From Telmatocola sphagniphila (GTDB lineage Bacteria > Planctomycetota > Planctomycetia > Gemmatales > Gemmataceae): a stretch of 32,000 bases of DNA. Below the pieces are notes generated by a model that searched no databases, was not told where the DNA came from, and worked only from the letters and a program-made list of their open reading frames with translations. Location: NCBI RefSeq assembly GCF_018398935.1, contig NZ_CP074694.1, positions 660,001-692,000 on the forward strand. The letters run 5' to 3'. Below are positions 9,656 through 18,603 of the stretch, piece by piece (the first letter of the stretch is position 1; the number at the start of each line of letters is the position of its first letter). The translations under genes and the position numbers were made by a program.

Positions 9656-10411
9656 ATGGCCAATGCTCTGCAGAAAATTCCGTCGGCCGGCGCTTCGTTT
9701 GAACCCCGAGCTAAATTACTGGCGACCCTATCCGCGTTTATCCTATTGATCGCCAGCCAGTCGATTCCGATCCTGGCCGGGGCCGTCGGTTATATCCTGG
9801 TTATCTGCTTTCTCGTGCGAATGCCTTGGATTTGGACCCTGAATCGAGTTCTTTTAGTCTGGCTGGCGGCGTTGCCTTTTCTCTTGTTCGCACCATTCTG
9901 GATCACGGAAGGCCGAAAGTTGGCGGAGGTCTGGGGATTAGCGGTCTATGAAGGTGGGATGAAATTTTCCCTGGTTCTGGTTCTACGCACCACGGGCATT
10001 TCCCTTTGGGCGTTATTTATCCTGGCTACAACCAGTTGGACCCAGGGAATACAGGCCGCGCAAAAACTGGGAATGCCCCGAAAACTGGGGGCCATTCTGC
10101 TTCTGACCCACCGCTATATTTTTCTGATGAATGCCGAGTTGGATCGAATCAAAGTAGCAGTGCGCATTCGCGGTTTTCGGAATCGCATGAATCTGCACAG
10201 CCAGAAAACCATAGGTCATCTGCTCGGATTTCTGTTTCAGCAGGGTTTTCAGCGATCCGAGACTCTGCACCAGGCTTTGATGGTTCGCGGTTTTAACGGT
10301 CAACTCCCCAGTCTGCGGACCCCCGTGATGAAAACCAAAGATTGGGTATTTCTGACTTTCTCGATTTTGCTTCATTCCGCCCTGTTGGCCGGGGATTGGA
10401 TGGGAAGATGA
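9656..10411 (+). CDS. cbiQ: ECF/cobalt-type transporter transmembrane (T) component, CbiQ family
   Basis: It is a polytopic membrane protein. The conserved CbiQ/EcfT C-terminal region reads A.R.RGF. (VAVRIRGFRN). Its stop overlaps the downstream ATPase start (ATGA at 10408-10411). Confidence 0.7.
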   Translation: MANALQKIPSAGASFEPRAKLLATLSAFILLIASQSIPILAGAVGYILVICFLVRMPWIWTLNRVLLVWLAALPFLLFAPFWITEGRKLAEVWGLAVYEGGMKFSLVLVLRTTGISLWALFILATTSWTQGIQAAQKLGMPRKLGAILLLTHRYIFLMNAELDRIKVAVRIRGFRNRMNLHSQKTIGHLLGFLFQQGFQRSETLHQALMVRGFNGQLPSLRTPVMKTKDWVFLTFSILLHSALLAGDWMGR

Positions 10412-11124
10412 CGAGCGAACCGATACTTTCCGTCGAGGAATTGGAATATCGCTATCCCGACGGCCGGGTGGCCCTGCATCGAGTATCCTTTGCGATTCGC
10501 CAGGGCGAATGTGTGGGAATTCTCGGGGCAAACGGCGCGGGTAAAACGACACTTTTCCTATTACTTTCGGGCGTGCTGAAAGCCCGGCAGGGCAAGGTAC
10601 TGGTCGCCGGGCTAAATCCTTTTGATCTCCAGGATCGAAAAAAGCTGCCGACTAAGTTGGGAATCGTTTTTCAGGATAGCGATGATCAGATTTTTCATGC
10701 GACCGTGGAGGAAGATGTTGCCTTTGGCCCATTGAATCAGGGCTTGCCAATTGCGGAAGTGCAGGGCCGTATTCAGGAGGCAATGAAGTTAGCGGGGATT
10801 GTTGGTCTGGAACAACGCTGTCCCTTGAAACTCTCGGGCGGCGAGAAACGCAAGGTGGCCCTGGCCGGGATTCTGGCGATGCGGCCGGAAATCATTCTCT
10901 TCGATGAACCGAGTGTATTCCTGGATGCCCGCGGTCGGCGTTCGCTGGTTGAGACGATTTGCGGACTCCAGCAAACCAAATTAATCGCTTCTCATGATCT
11001 GGAATTGATCCGGGCCAGCTGCAATCGAATTCTGCTGATGGATGAAGGGCGAGTGATCGCCGATGGGCCTGCAGAAGATTTGTTGTCCAACGGGGAGTTG
11101 CTACGACAGCATGGGGTCATGTGA
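10408..11124 (+). CDS. cbiO: ECF/cobalt-type transporter ATP-binding component, CbiO/EcfA family
   Basis: Walker A GANGAGKTT, Q-loop, signature LSGGEKRKVALAG and Walker B ILFDEP. I prefer the ATG at 10408, which overlaps the cbiQ stop; the upstream part of the listed ORF overlaps cbiQ. Confidence 0.85.
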   Translation: MTSEPILSVEELEYRYPDGRVALHRVSFAIRQGECVGILGANGAGKTTLFLLLSGVLKARQGKVLVAGLNPFDLQDRKKLPTKLGIVFQDSDDQIFHATVEEDVAFGPLNQGLPIAEVQGRIQEAMKLAGIVGLEQRCPLKLSGGEKRKVALAGILAMRPEIILFDEPSVFLDARGRRSLVETICGLQQTKLIASHDLELIRASCNRILLMDEGRVIADGPAEDLLSNGELLRQHGVM

Positions 11125-11140
11125 ACCCCATACTATCCAG

Positions 11141-11163
11141 GGAACACGCCCAAAGCGTGTTCC
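11141..11163. terminator. Hairpin between convergent cbiO and the DUF3467 gene
   Basis: GGAACACGC, loop CCAAA, GCGTGTTCC: a perfect 9-bp stem. Neither strand has a clear U tract. Confidence 0.35.
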
Positions 11164-11182
11164 GAGAGATTGATTCAAAAAC

Positions 11183-11554
11183 TTACGATCGGTTGCCGGT
11201 CTGGCCCTGTTGCGGTCGAAAACGGCGCTGCGGATCCACTTCGACGGCCCCGAAAACCTGTTCGTGACGGCCGATGGCCATGTTCAAGGCGGTCAGAAGC
11301 CGTTTGGCAGTCGGGAAGCTCAACACCATGCGCTGATTGATGCGAACGGCTTCTGGTCCACTCTGCGTCATCAACCCGGAATGGAGACCGAAGTCCATTA
11401 TCAACTCTTCGAACGTCGCCGTGACGCGGAAAAAGTTACTATAACTCGTGGTCATATTGGCGGTGTTGACCGTCAATCGCATCTGCTGATCGGCGGTTGC
11501 AGCTGGCGTCGTGACCGGTGGCGCTGCTTCTGGCTTGTTTGCTTCTTCTGCCAT
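11183..11554 (-). CDS. DUF3467-like small protein
   Basis: From memory, the central motif YSNFFRVTATFEELIMDFG matches the conserved core of DUF3467. It has an Ala/Pro-rich N-terminus. Confidence 0.6.
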   Translation of the reverse strand: MAEEANKPEAAPPVTTPAATADQQMRLTVNTANMTTSYSNFFRVTATFEELIMDFGLHSGLMTQSGPEAVRINQRMVLSFPTAKRLLTALNMAIGRHEQVFGAVEVDPQRRFRPQQGQTGNRS

Positions 11555-11786
11555 GAAAAACTCCAGTTTAATCGACCTTCGTCGAATCCGTTTGGGGAGG
11601 TCAATCTTCTTCGCATTATTGTATGAGGGATATCGAAAGTGCGATACCCCTGTAAAAAGAGATGTGTGAGGGAAAATCGCCGTTGGTCGCTAAAGAGTAG
11701 GCGTTATCCCGGTTGTGCCGAATTCGGAAACCTGGAAGCCGAACGGTTTTCAGCTAAGCTGAAGGTCAGAGTATTAAGGAAATCGA

Positions 11787-12905
11787 ATGATCGCAACTCA
11801 ATACAGTGTGACCAATCTTGCTAAGCTCTTTAGTCCTTCGCTGCTATTCTTCGAAGAACTTATCGAGGCTAATCTCAAAAGAGTCGTCGAAATTGCCGGG
11901 TCATCGGATCGCCTTCGCCCGCATGTGAAAACGCATAAATGTCCCGAAATCGTTCAAAAAGCCCTCCAACAGGGCATCACGAAGCATAAATGTGCCACGA
12001 TTGCCGAAGCGGAAATGCTTGCGATCGAAAAAGTGCCCGATGTGCTGATTTCCTATCCGCTGGTCGGTCCGAACCTCCAAAGGCTTACCGCCCTGATTCA
12101 AAAATACCCGGCCACGTCCTTCGCGATTCTCGTCGATCATCCGACCTCTTTGAAAATGCTGGAACAGGCTTTATGCGAAGCCGGCGTGAAAGTCCGAGTT
12201 CTCCTCGATCTCGACGTCGGACAGCATCGCACGGGCATTTGCGTGGAAAAAGCAGGTGATCTCTATCGACAGCTAGCTTCGACGAAAAATGTTATCCCCG
12301 ATGGTTTCCAACTCTACGATGGCCATAACAACCAGCCGGAATTGGAGTCCCGTAAAAAGGGAGTGGAAGCATTTCTCGAGCCGATTTTGCAATTGAGATC
12401 CCTACTCGAAAAGCAGGGAATCCCCGTTCCTCGGCTGGTGTGCGGAGGTACTCCTTCCTTTCCCGTGCATGCTTCCCTCAATATTCCCGGAGTGGAATGT
12501 TCGCCGGGAACGTTCGTGCTGCACGATGCCGGGTATGGTGAGAAATACGAGGATTTACGCGGTTTTCAGCCTGCGGCTGTCGTACTGACGAGGGTGGTTT
12601 CCAAACCGACGAAAGATCGGGTCACATTCGACGTCGGAACCAAGGCCATAGCCAGCGACCCGCCGGCCGGGAAGCGACTGAAGTTGATCGGCTTCGATAA
12701 TTTTGAGCCTGTAGGGCACAACGAAGAGCACTTCATCATCCAAACTCCCGAAGCGGATCGGTTCCAACCCGGGGATTGGATGTACGCCGTGCCGATTCAC
12801 ATTTGTCCCACGGTAGCGCTGCATGCAACGGCCTATGTTGTGAAGGGACAGAAGGTGGGCGAACAGTGGAAGATCACGGCTCGCGACCGCGTCCTTACGA
12901 TTTGA
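11787..12905 (+). CDS. PLP-dependent D-threonine aldolase / D-serine dehydratase-like enzyme (alanine racemase N-terminal fold)
   Basis: The PLP-lysine context is RPHVKTHKC. The C-terminal HxC metal-site-like motif is VPIHICPT. The length of 372 aa is typical of the D-TA family. Confidence 0.7.
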   Translation: MIATQYSVTNLAKLFSPSLLFFEELIEANLKRVVEIAGSSDRLRPHVKTHKCPEIVQKALQQGITKHKCATIAEAEMLAIEKVPDVLISYPLVGPNLQRLTALIQKYPATSFAILVDHPTSLKMLEQALCEAGVKVRVLLDLDVGQHRTGICVEKAGDLYRQLASTKNVIPDGFQLYDGHNNQPELESRKKGVEAFLEPILQLRSLLEKQGIPVPRLVCGGTPSFPVHASLNIPGVECSPGTFVLHDAGYGEKYEDLRGFQPAAVVLTRVVSKPTKDRVTFDVGTKAIASDPPAGKRLKLIGFDNFEPVGHNEEHFIIQTPEADRFQPGDWMYAVPIHICPTVALHATAYVVKGQKVGEQWKITARDRVLTI

Positions 12906-13072
12906 TGTTCAGTTCGGAAGAAGCCTACAAATTCGGCTCGTATTCCTGCAAGTTCTCCATCTTCTCTCGCCCAGGCAGGATTGCGCCTCAGTGTCATCTC
13001 GGACTTGCAGATTCTTCAATTTCCGCGTATTGCCAGCCGTTACGAGTATTCAATTTACCGCACAGGTGCAGA

Positions 13073-13585
13073 ATGCGTTTACGCGCGATTAAATTCGGTC
13101 TGGGCTTTACAGTCGCGGGACTGCTGACAGGCTGCGTGGAAAGACGATTTGTAGTCGATTCGACGCCGCCGGGTGCGAAAGTCTATGTGAACAATCAACC
13201 TGTGGGTTTCACACCGGTGGATGTCCCGTTCACATACTACGGTAAGTATGACATCACACTGGAACGCGAAGGCTATCAAACCGAAACGCAAAAATGGCAC
13301 ATCCCTGCCCCCTGGTGGGCCTATCCTCCTTTCGATTTCATAACCGAGAATCTCTATCCAGCTAAGATTCAAGACGTTCACCGAACCACATTCGATATGA
13401 AACCAATTGTTCCGCCGAATCTGGAAGAGATTCGTCTGGATGCGGAAGAGTTGCGTATCCGAGGTCAGGCGATTCCCGATCCGAGACATGTTTCTCCACC
13501 AAAGCGGGGAGTAGACCCCTTGGGAGTGGCTCCTCCTCCCCCGGCGAACGGCCTTCCGAATACTTCTCCTCCCACCTCCCGCTAA
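13073..13585 (+). CDS. PEGA-domain lipoprotein
   Basis: ATG at 13073 gives MRLRAIKFGLGFTVAGLLTGC, a lipobox with Cys. The PEGA motif is STPPGAKVYVNNQPVGFTPV. The tail is Pro-rich. The listed ORF start at 12776 overlaps the preceding gene and is unlikely. Confidence 0.65.
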   Translation: MRLRAIKFGLGFTVAGLLTGCVERRFVVDSTPPGAKVYVNNQPVGFTPVDVPFTYYGKYDITLEREGYQTETQKWHIPAPWWAYPPFDFITENLYPAKIQDVHRTTFDMKPIVPPNLEEIRLDAEELRIRGQAIPDPRHVSPPKRGVDPLGVAPPPPANGLPNTSPPTSR

Positions 13586-13610
13586 TCTCGACCTCGCCCC
13601 GGTCCATTCA

Positions 13611-13657
13611 AACGAAAAGAGCCGCAGTATCCACTGCGGCTCTTTTCGTTTTTATTT
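13611..13657. terminator. Bidirectional terminator between the convergent PEGA and peptidase genes
   Basis: Perfect 18-bp inverted repeat AACGAAAAGAGCCGCAGT (13611-13628) / ACTGCGGCTCTTTTCGTT (13633-13650) with loop ATCC, followed by TTTATTT. Confidence 0.8.
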
Positions 13658-13669
13658 CAAAGTAGGAAA

Positions 13670-14776
13670 TTAGGGACGATCGACTTCGGGAGGAAGCAGC
13701 ACAGCCGGAGGCGGCAATTGGGGATCACTATTTCGACCGGATCGATTGCTGGTGTTGCTGTTCTTGGCAGGACAACTGCCATTAGTGCAGTTTCCGGAGT
13801 TGCAATCCTGGCAGCTGGGGAATTGAGCGGGTGCCGACTCATAGAATCGTCGCGGCATGTTTTCCCAGGCCGGATCGGCTTTGCTGGTTCTGTCCACCGA
13901 GGGCGAAGAGCCACGAGCCACTGGCAGGGGATCGAGTTGAGGTTGCGCCATCGTATCGCTCGACCGCACATTGCTCCGGCTATCTCTTGAGGTCACCGTG
14001 GCGGGAGGCGCCGATTTACGGGGAGTACTTGCAACATCATCGCCCCGGGCCGACTTGCGAAGAAAATCAATCCACTGAGTCTGAAGTTCATTCACGTTCT
14101 TCACTTCATAATACTTCTGGCAGGCGCGGTCCCAGCCGTTATGCATACCGTCGTTCACGAAGTTGAGAAACGTCTGGCGATCGGATTGTTCGATCAGATA
14201 CTTGGAGATCGAATACCCTTCGGCGTAGAGAATCATTTGCTCGCTGGGATTGGCCGGGTAATCTTTCATGGCGAATAGCGAAGTCAGCAGAAATGCCCGA
14301 CCCGCATTCAGATACTGAACGGACATTTTGTCGTGCCGGCGACGTTCCAAATCGTCTTCAGAATAGACCGATCCGCCTTCATCCGCCCAACGGGGAACGG
14401 GCTGTTTGAAGTGGTGTGCGAATACGGTGTGGGTAATTTCGTGAGGCAGAACCGAATTCTTAAGCCGTTCGATAGGGCCTTTGATGTACATGTCCTGAGT
14501 GCCGCGACCGAAGTCGAAAGTCGTCGCGCCTTCCGCGGCCGAGCTCGCGGGAATGATTCGTAAGGGGCAGCGATTTTTCCAATTGGGCATTTCCTGACCC
14601 AGCCATTCGATCGCTTTTTCGCGTCGATACTTCTCGGCCAGGCGAGCGAATTCTTCGGCCATTTCTCGCGTAGGAGCTTCGACGACAAAGTTATCCGTCC
14701 GGACAACCGAACCGCCCGCTCGAACTGGAATGAGCACGCTTAAGGTGAAAATTAAAGAGATAATCCACTTTGCCAT
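13670..14776 (-). CDS. Secreted zinc metallopeptidase-like protein (peptidase MA / HExxH type) with a low-complexity Cys-containing C-terminal tail
   Basis: The signal peptide is MAKWIISLIFTLSVLIPVRAGG. HEITH is followed by RWADEGGS, the gluzincin-like third-ligand context seen in the Peptidase_MA_2 type. The C-terminus reads CQDCNSGNCTNGSCPAKNSN. Confidence 0.55.
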   Translation of the reverse strand: MAKWIISLIFTLSVLIPVRAGGSVVRTDNFVVEAPTREMAEEFARLAEKYRREKAIEWLGQEMPNWKNRCPLRIIPASSAAEGATTFDFGRGTQDMYIKGPIERLKNSVLPHEITHTVFAHHFKQPVPRWADEGGSVYSEDDLERRRHDKMSVQYLNAGRAFLLTSLFAMKDYPANPSEQMILYAEGYSISKYLIEQSDRQTFLNFVNDGMHNGWDRACQKYYEVKNVNELQTQWIDFLRKSARGDDVASTPRKSAPPATVTSRDSRSNVRSSDTMAQPQLDPLPVARGSSPSVDRTSKADPAWENMPRRFYESAPAQFPSCQDCNSGNCTNGSCPAKNSNTSNRSGRNSDPQLPPPAVLLPPEVDRP

Positions 14777-14992
14777 CCATAGCTCCTTCTACGCTTCACG
14801 TGTATGCTCTGCGTGAATGAAATGTAAACGCAAAACGCTTGCCAGTGGAATAGCAGCTCAAAAAAAGGGGGTTAAGCTTTACCGCAAACGTTGGAAATTG
14901 CCCAGAGTGAGGAACAAGCGGGCAAAAGCAGTTGTAACAAATGCAAAAATGAGGGCGAATTGACTGAACCTTGTAACAATTACACAACCCGC

Positions 14993-16291
14993 TCAAACAA
15001 TTTTTCTGTGGGCTCGAATCGAATTTTGAAATAATTTTTCCTGCTCCAGGTTCCCTTTCTCATCAAAGGGCAGCCCAATCGTTTCCTGGCAAAGCTCAAG
15101 ATTCGGGTGATTTTTCACTTCGGTCAGCAGGCTCGGAGATACCCATAACTCGCTGACTTCCAGAGAGTTAGGAATGAAAACGATCTTCCTCTGCGAGTCG
15201 TTCGGTTGCCAGCAGGTGTCGATAGCCGCGGCCAGGCACTCTTTATCCGTTTCGAAGGCGAGCGGGATTTTCGAACGCCAAAGCATGCACGCCGTGAGGT
15301 TGTTCATGCGAAAGGGAGTCGGATCGATGGCTCGAATTGCGCGGTTTGTGGTTAAGTCGGCGATACCGATTCCGGTGGCATTGCCATGCGATTCCGGAGA
15401 GACATCGAGACATACTATCCGTGTGATTCGAGGTTCGGCCGGCTCCATATCGGGGGAGTTTTCCACCAGGAAGCGGCCGACCACGTTCGGATCAATGCCG
15501 GATCCCGAGTAGTTTTTCCCGAGTTCGCCGATTACCAGGATATCGACCTGCTTGAAAGGAATCCGACCCATCCAACTGCGGGCAAGTTCCAAGAGCTTCG
15601 GTTCCGTTTCAAGTAGTTCGTCGCGATCCACCCATTGCAGAAGGGCCGTCTGATCGTGGGAGTTCTCCAGGATTCCCAGGCCGCCGAGGAATTTCGTGTT
15701 TTGTAAAATGACTTTAGCGGTTTCGGGAAGAATCTCCCGCAGACCCTTCACTCCCCAGCGGTGATGTTGGGAAGCTCCCTCTCTTTTTCCTAAGCCGATG
15801 ACGGTCATTTTGGTGATGCCGCTTTCATAGCGTCCGCGATAATCGGTGTGCGGCTTGATGCGTGAAATCGTTATCACGCCGTCGGCCGATAGTGCATTGT
15901 CATCCCACCAGACTGGATCGCCGAAGCTGTTGATGCCGATCTGTTTGGCCGTCATTTCCGTGCGAACTTCCACATTCAAGTTCTTTTCGGTTATCCCATA
16001 AGCCGCTAACAGTTCTCGCTGACCTTCGGAACTGGCCCCGCCGTGGGAGCCCATCGCGGCCACGATAAAGGGCTTCGCTCCCAACTGTTGCAGGGAAAGC
16101 AGGGTGGCTCGGACGATTTGAAGGTAGTTGGCAATACCTCGCGAACCACAGGCTACGGCGATCCGATCACCGGGCCGTATCTTTTTCGAGAGGTTCGATT
16201 TCTGAAGCTGATTCTGAACCTCGAAAAACACATCTTGAACTTGAGGTTGGTTGGCGATTTGTTTGACGCGGTGGAAAATTGGCAGATTCAC
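14993..16291 (-). CDS. Conserved protein, possibly of the LarA-like (DUF2088, lactate racemase N-terminal domain) family
   Basis: GTG start, 432 aa. The segment ISRIKPHTDYRGRYESGITKMTVIGLGKREGA loosely resembles the LarA H..F.G.SGG.K region. The coding call is solid; the family assignment is from memory and tentative. Confidence 0.45.
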   Translation of the reverse strand: MNLPIFHRVKQIANQPQVQDVFFEVQNQLQKSNLSKKIRPGDRIAVACGSRGIANYLQIVRATLLSLQQLGAKPFIVAAMGSHGGASSEGQRELLAAYGITEKNLNVEVRTEMTAKQIGINSFGDPVWWDDNALSADGVITISRIKPHTDYRGRYESGITKMTVIGLGKREGASQHHRWGVKGLREILPETAKVILQNTKFLGGLGILENSHDQTALLQWVDRDELLETEPKLLELARSWMGRIPFKQVDILVIGELGKNYSGSGIDPNVVGRFLVENSPDMEPAEPRITRIVCLDVSPESHGNATGIGIADLTTNRAIRAIDPTPFRMNNLTACMLWRSKIPLAFETDKECLAAAIDTCWQPNDSQRKIVFIPNSLEVSELWVSPSLLTEVKNHPNLELCQETIGLPFDEKGNLEQEKLFQNSIRAHRKIV

Positions 16292-16383
16292 ACGGACTCC
16301 CGGTTGGAGATTGCCATTGCTCGAATTTCAATGATTCGAGTACATTTTAATCGGAAAAGCTGGACTACCCACACGGTTGCCTT

Positions 16384-17358
16384 ATGAAGCGAAAGAAAAT
16401 CAGCATCGTAACACCCTGCTACAACGAGCAGGATAATCTGATCGATTGTTACGAGGCAGTGAAATCGGTATTCGCTTCCCAATTACCCGAATACGATCTG
16501 GAACATCTTTTCTGCGATAATGCCTCGAGCGATAACAGCCCGACTCTGTTGCGAGATCTGGCCGTTCGGGATGAACGGGTGAAGGTTATTTTGAACGCCC
16601 GCAACTTCGGGCCTTTTTGTTCGACCTTCAATGGTTTGATGAGTACTTCTGGGGACGCGGTCGTGGTGCTTTTGGCGGCCGATTTGCAGGATCCGCCCGA
16701 AGTGATCGTTGATTTCGTTCGTCGCTGGGAAGCGGGGTATCAAATTGTCTATGGCATCCGTCAGGTCCGCGAGGAAGGGTTTTTGCTTCGCAATACGAGG
16801 CATGTCTACTATCGGGCGGTTACTAGACTGGCTCATATGCCCATTCCTGCGGATGTAGGTGAATTTCAGCTCATTGATCGGCAGGTCGTGGAAGCTCTGC
16901 GTCAGTTCGATGACCACTACCCCTATATAAGAGGGATGATTGCCAGTTGCGGCTTCAACTCAGTGGGGGTCGAGTACACTTGGCGGGCCCGGCGTAAGGG
17001 AATTTCCAAGAATCGGATCTTCCATTTGATCGATCAAGGGCTTAACGGGCTGATTTCCTTCAGCAAGTTGCCCATGCGGATCTGCATGGCGGCCGGTTTT
17101 GTGCTGTCAGGATTCAGCATACTCTTCGCCGGATTCGCTTTTTGCTGGCATTTGTTTCACACTGGCAGCCCCGTTCCGCCCGGCACGCCGACGCTCATTG
17201 TTGCTCTGTTCTTTTTCTCGGGCGTTCAGCTCTTCTTCTTTGGGGTGATCGGCGAGTATATCAGTGCGATACACTCGCAAGTTCGGAAGAAGCCGCTAGT
17301 GATTGAGAAAGGGCGATTCAACTTCGATCGAGATGAAGCGACGAGAAAAGCGGCTTAG
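16384..17358 (+). CDS. Family 2 glycosyltransferase (polyprenyl-phosphate sugar transferase type: DPM1/GtrB/ArnC-like)
   Basis: ISIVTPCYNE, the DxD-like AADLQDP motif and two C-terminal TM helices fit the polyprenol-phosphate GT2 architecture. Confidence 0.8.
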   Translation: MKRKKISIVTPCYNEQDNLIDCYEAVKSVFASQLPEYDLEHLFCDNASSDNSPTLLRDLAVRDERVKVILNARNFGPFCSTFNGLMSTSGDAVVVLLAADLQDPPEVIVDFVRRWEAGYQIVYGIRQVREEGFLLRNTRHVYYRAVTRLAHMPIPADVGEFQLIDRQVVEALRQFDDHYPYIRGMIASCGFNSVGVEYTWRARRKGISKNRIFHLIDQGLNGLISFSKLPMRICMAAGFVLSGFSILFAGFAFCWHLFHTGSPVPPGTPTLIVALFFFSGVQLFFFGVIGEYISAIHSQVRKKPLVIEKGRFNFDRDEATRKAA

Positions 17359-18128
17359 GTCGCAAAGTATTCCACGGCATTTCTGAAGAGTGGGAGTCCG
17401 TCGCCTTCCTGGGCTAATCCCAATCGCGTCCATTGCGGGTGTTGCGTGGGTAGAACATGCCTTTCCGGATGAGGCATCAGCCCCAAAACCCGGCCAGTCG
17501 CATCGCATAAACCGGCCACCGCTCCCATCGAGCCATTGGGATTGGCGGGATACTGGGCTTCGGGTTGGTTTGGATGACTATAGGTGAGCACAACCTGTCC
17601 CGCTTGTTTGAGTCCGTCCAATATCCATTGTTTACGGGTAATGAATTTCCCTTCGCCGTGAGCGACGGGGATGTGCATCGATTCCAGGCCCTTCAAAAAC
17701 ACGCATTTATTAGGATTTACCCTGAGGTGAATCCAGCGATCTTCAAATTTTCCCGAGTCGTTGTGTCCGAGGGTGGCGAGAGGGCCATCTTCATCGGGTG
17801 GTAAAATCAGTCCAGCCTTCAATATGGCCTGAAAGCCATTGCAGATGCCCAGAATCAGCTTTTCGGCGTCGCGGAACTTGCGAAGAGCGTCTCCGAGGAA
17901 GTTGGCGAGTTGCGTCGCGAGAATTTTCCCGGCGGCCACATCATCTCCATAGGTGAATCCGCCGGGAACGCAGAGGATTTGAAACCTTTGTAATTGGGCC
18001 GGATCTTCGCGTAAGCGGTTAATGTGCATGCGTTCTACGAATGCACCGGCCATCTCGAAAGCAAAATGGGCTTCCTGATCGCAATTGGAGCCTGGACCAC
18101 GAAGAACGAGCACTTTTGGGGTGGCCAT
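17355..18128 (-). CDS. purQ: Phosphoribosylformylglycinamidine synthase, glutaminase subunit
   Basis: KVLVLRGPGSNCDQE, the catalytic Cys in GICNGFQ and His in MPHPER. I prefer the ATG at 18128 (MATPKVLVL) to 18164. Confidence 0.85.
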   Translation of the reverse strand: MATPKVLVLRGPGSNCDQEAHFAFEMAGAFVERMHINRLREDPAQLQRFQILCVPGGFTYGDDVAAGKILATQLANFLGDALRKFRDAEKLILGICNGFQAILKAGLILPPDEDGPLATLGHNDSGKFEDRWIHLRVNPNKCVFLKGLESMHIPVAHGEGKFITRKQWILDGLKQAGQVVLTYSHPNQPEAQYPANPNGSMGAVAGLCDATGRVLGLMPHPERHVLPTQHPQWTRLGLAQEGDGLPLFRNAVEYFAT

Positions 18129-18437
18129 TATTGGTATTATCCCTGTCTTTTTGCTTGACATCATCTGAAATTACCACGATGATTTCAATGTATTGGGAAG
18201 CTCTAGGCAGTAGTAGGTGGGCTTTTCTGATGGTATTTGGTGGTTTTCCGAAGCTGTTTGGTGGTTTTCCGTAGAAAGTTTTCGATTATTCGAAAACGTT
18301 TTTGGCCATGGAGTCGAGCTTAGCGAGCGGACTTTAAGTGCTGAAATCGGAACGGCTTGTGTAGGACGGGCCGGGATGCAAAATTCAACCGCTGGAAAGC
18401 GGCCGGGGACTATTTCCCTTTTTTTTGACCCAGGCCG

Positions 18438-18466
18438 TTGACACTTTTGACCAGCGACCATAAAGT
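18438..18466 (+). promoter_or_regulatory. Candidate 16S rRNA promoter
   Basis: Consensus -35 TTGACA (18438-18443), a 17-nt spacer, then TAAAGT (18461-18466). A T8 tract (18420-18427) resembling an UP element precedes it. It lies about 320 nt upstream of the mature 16S 5' end. Confidence 0.45.
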
Positions 18467-18603
18467 ATTGTTACCGAAGTAAAGAACACTCGGTGACATC
18501 GAAAGACGCGAGTTTAACGATGACAGCCGATTAGTCTTTATGGTAAGCCTCTGAAGAGATTTAGGGGTGTCGGTAACAGGATCTGTTTTCGGACAGATTG
18601 CAT

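Noticed and set aside
12776-13072. The long 5' extension of the PEGA lipoprotein ORF
   Set aside because: The extension overlaps the 3' end of the PLP-enzyme gene and then crosses 168 bp of intergenic sequence. The ATG at 13073 yields a textbook lipoprotein signal peptide.
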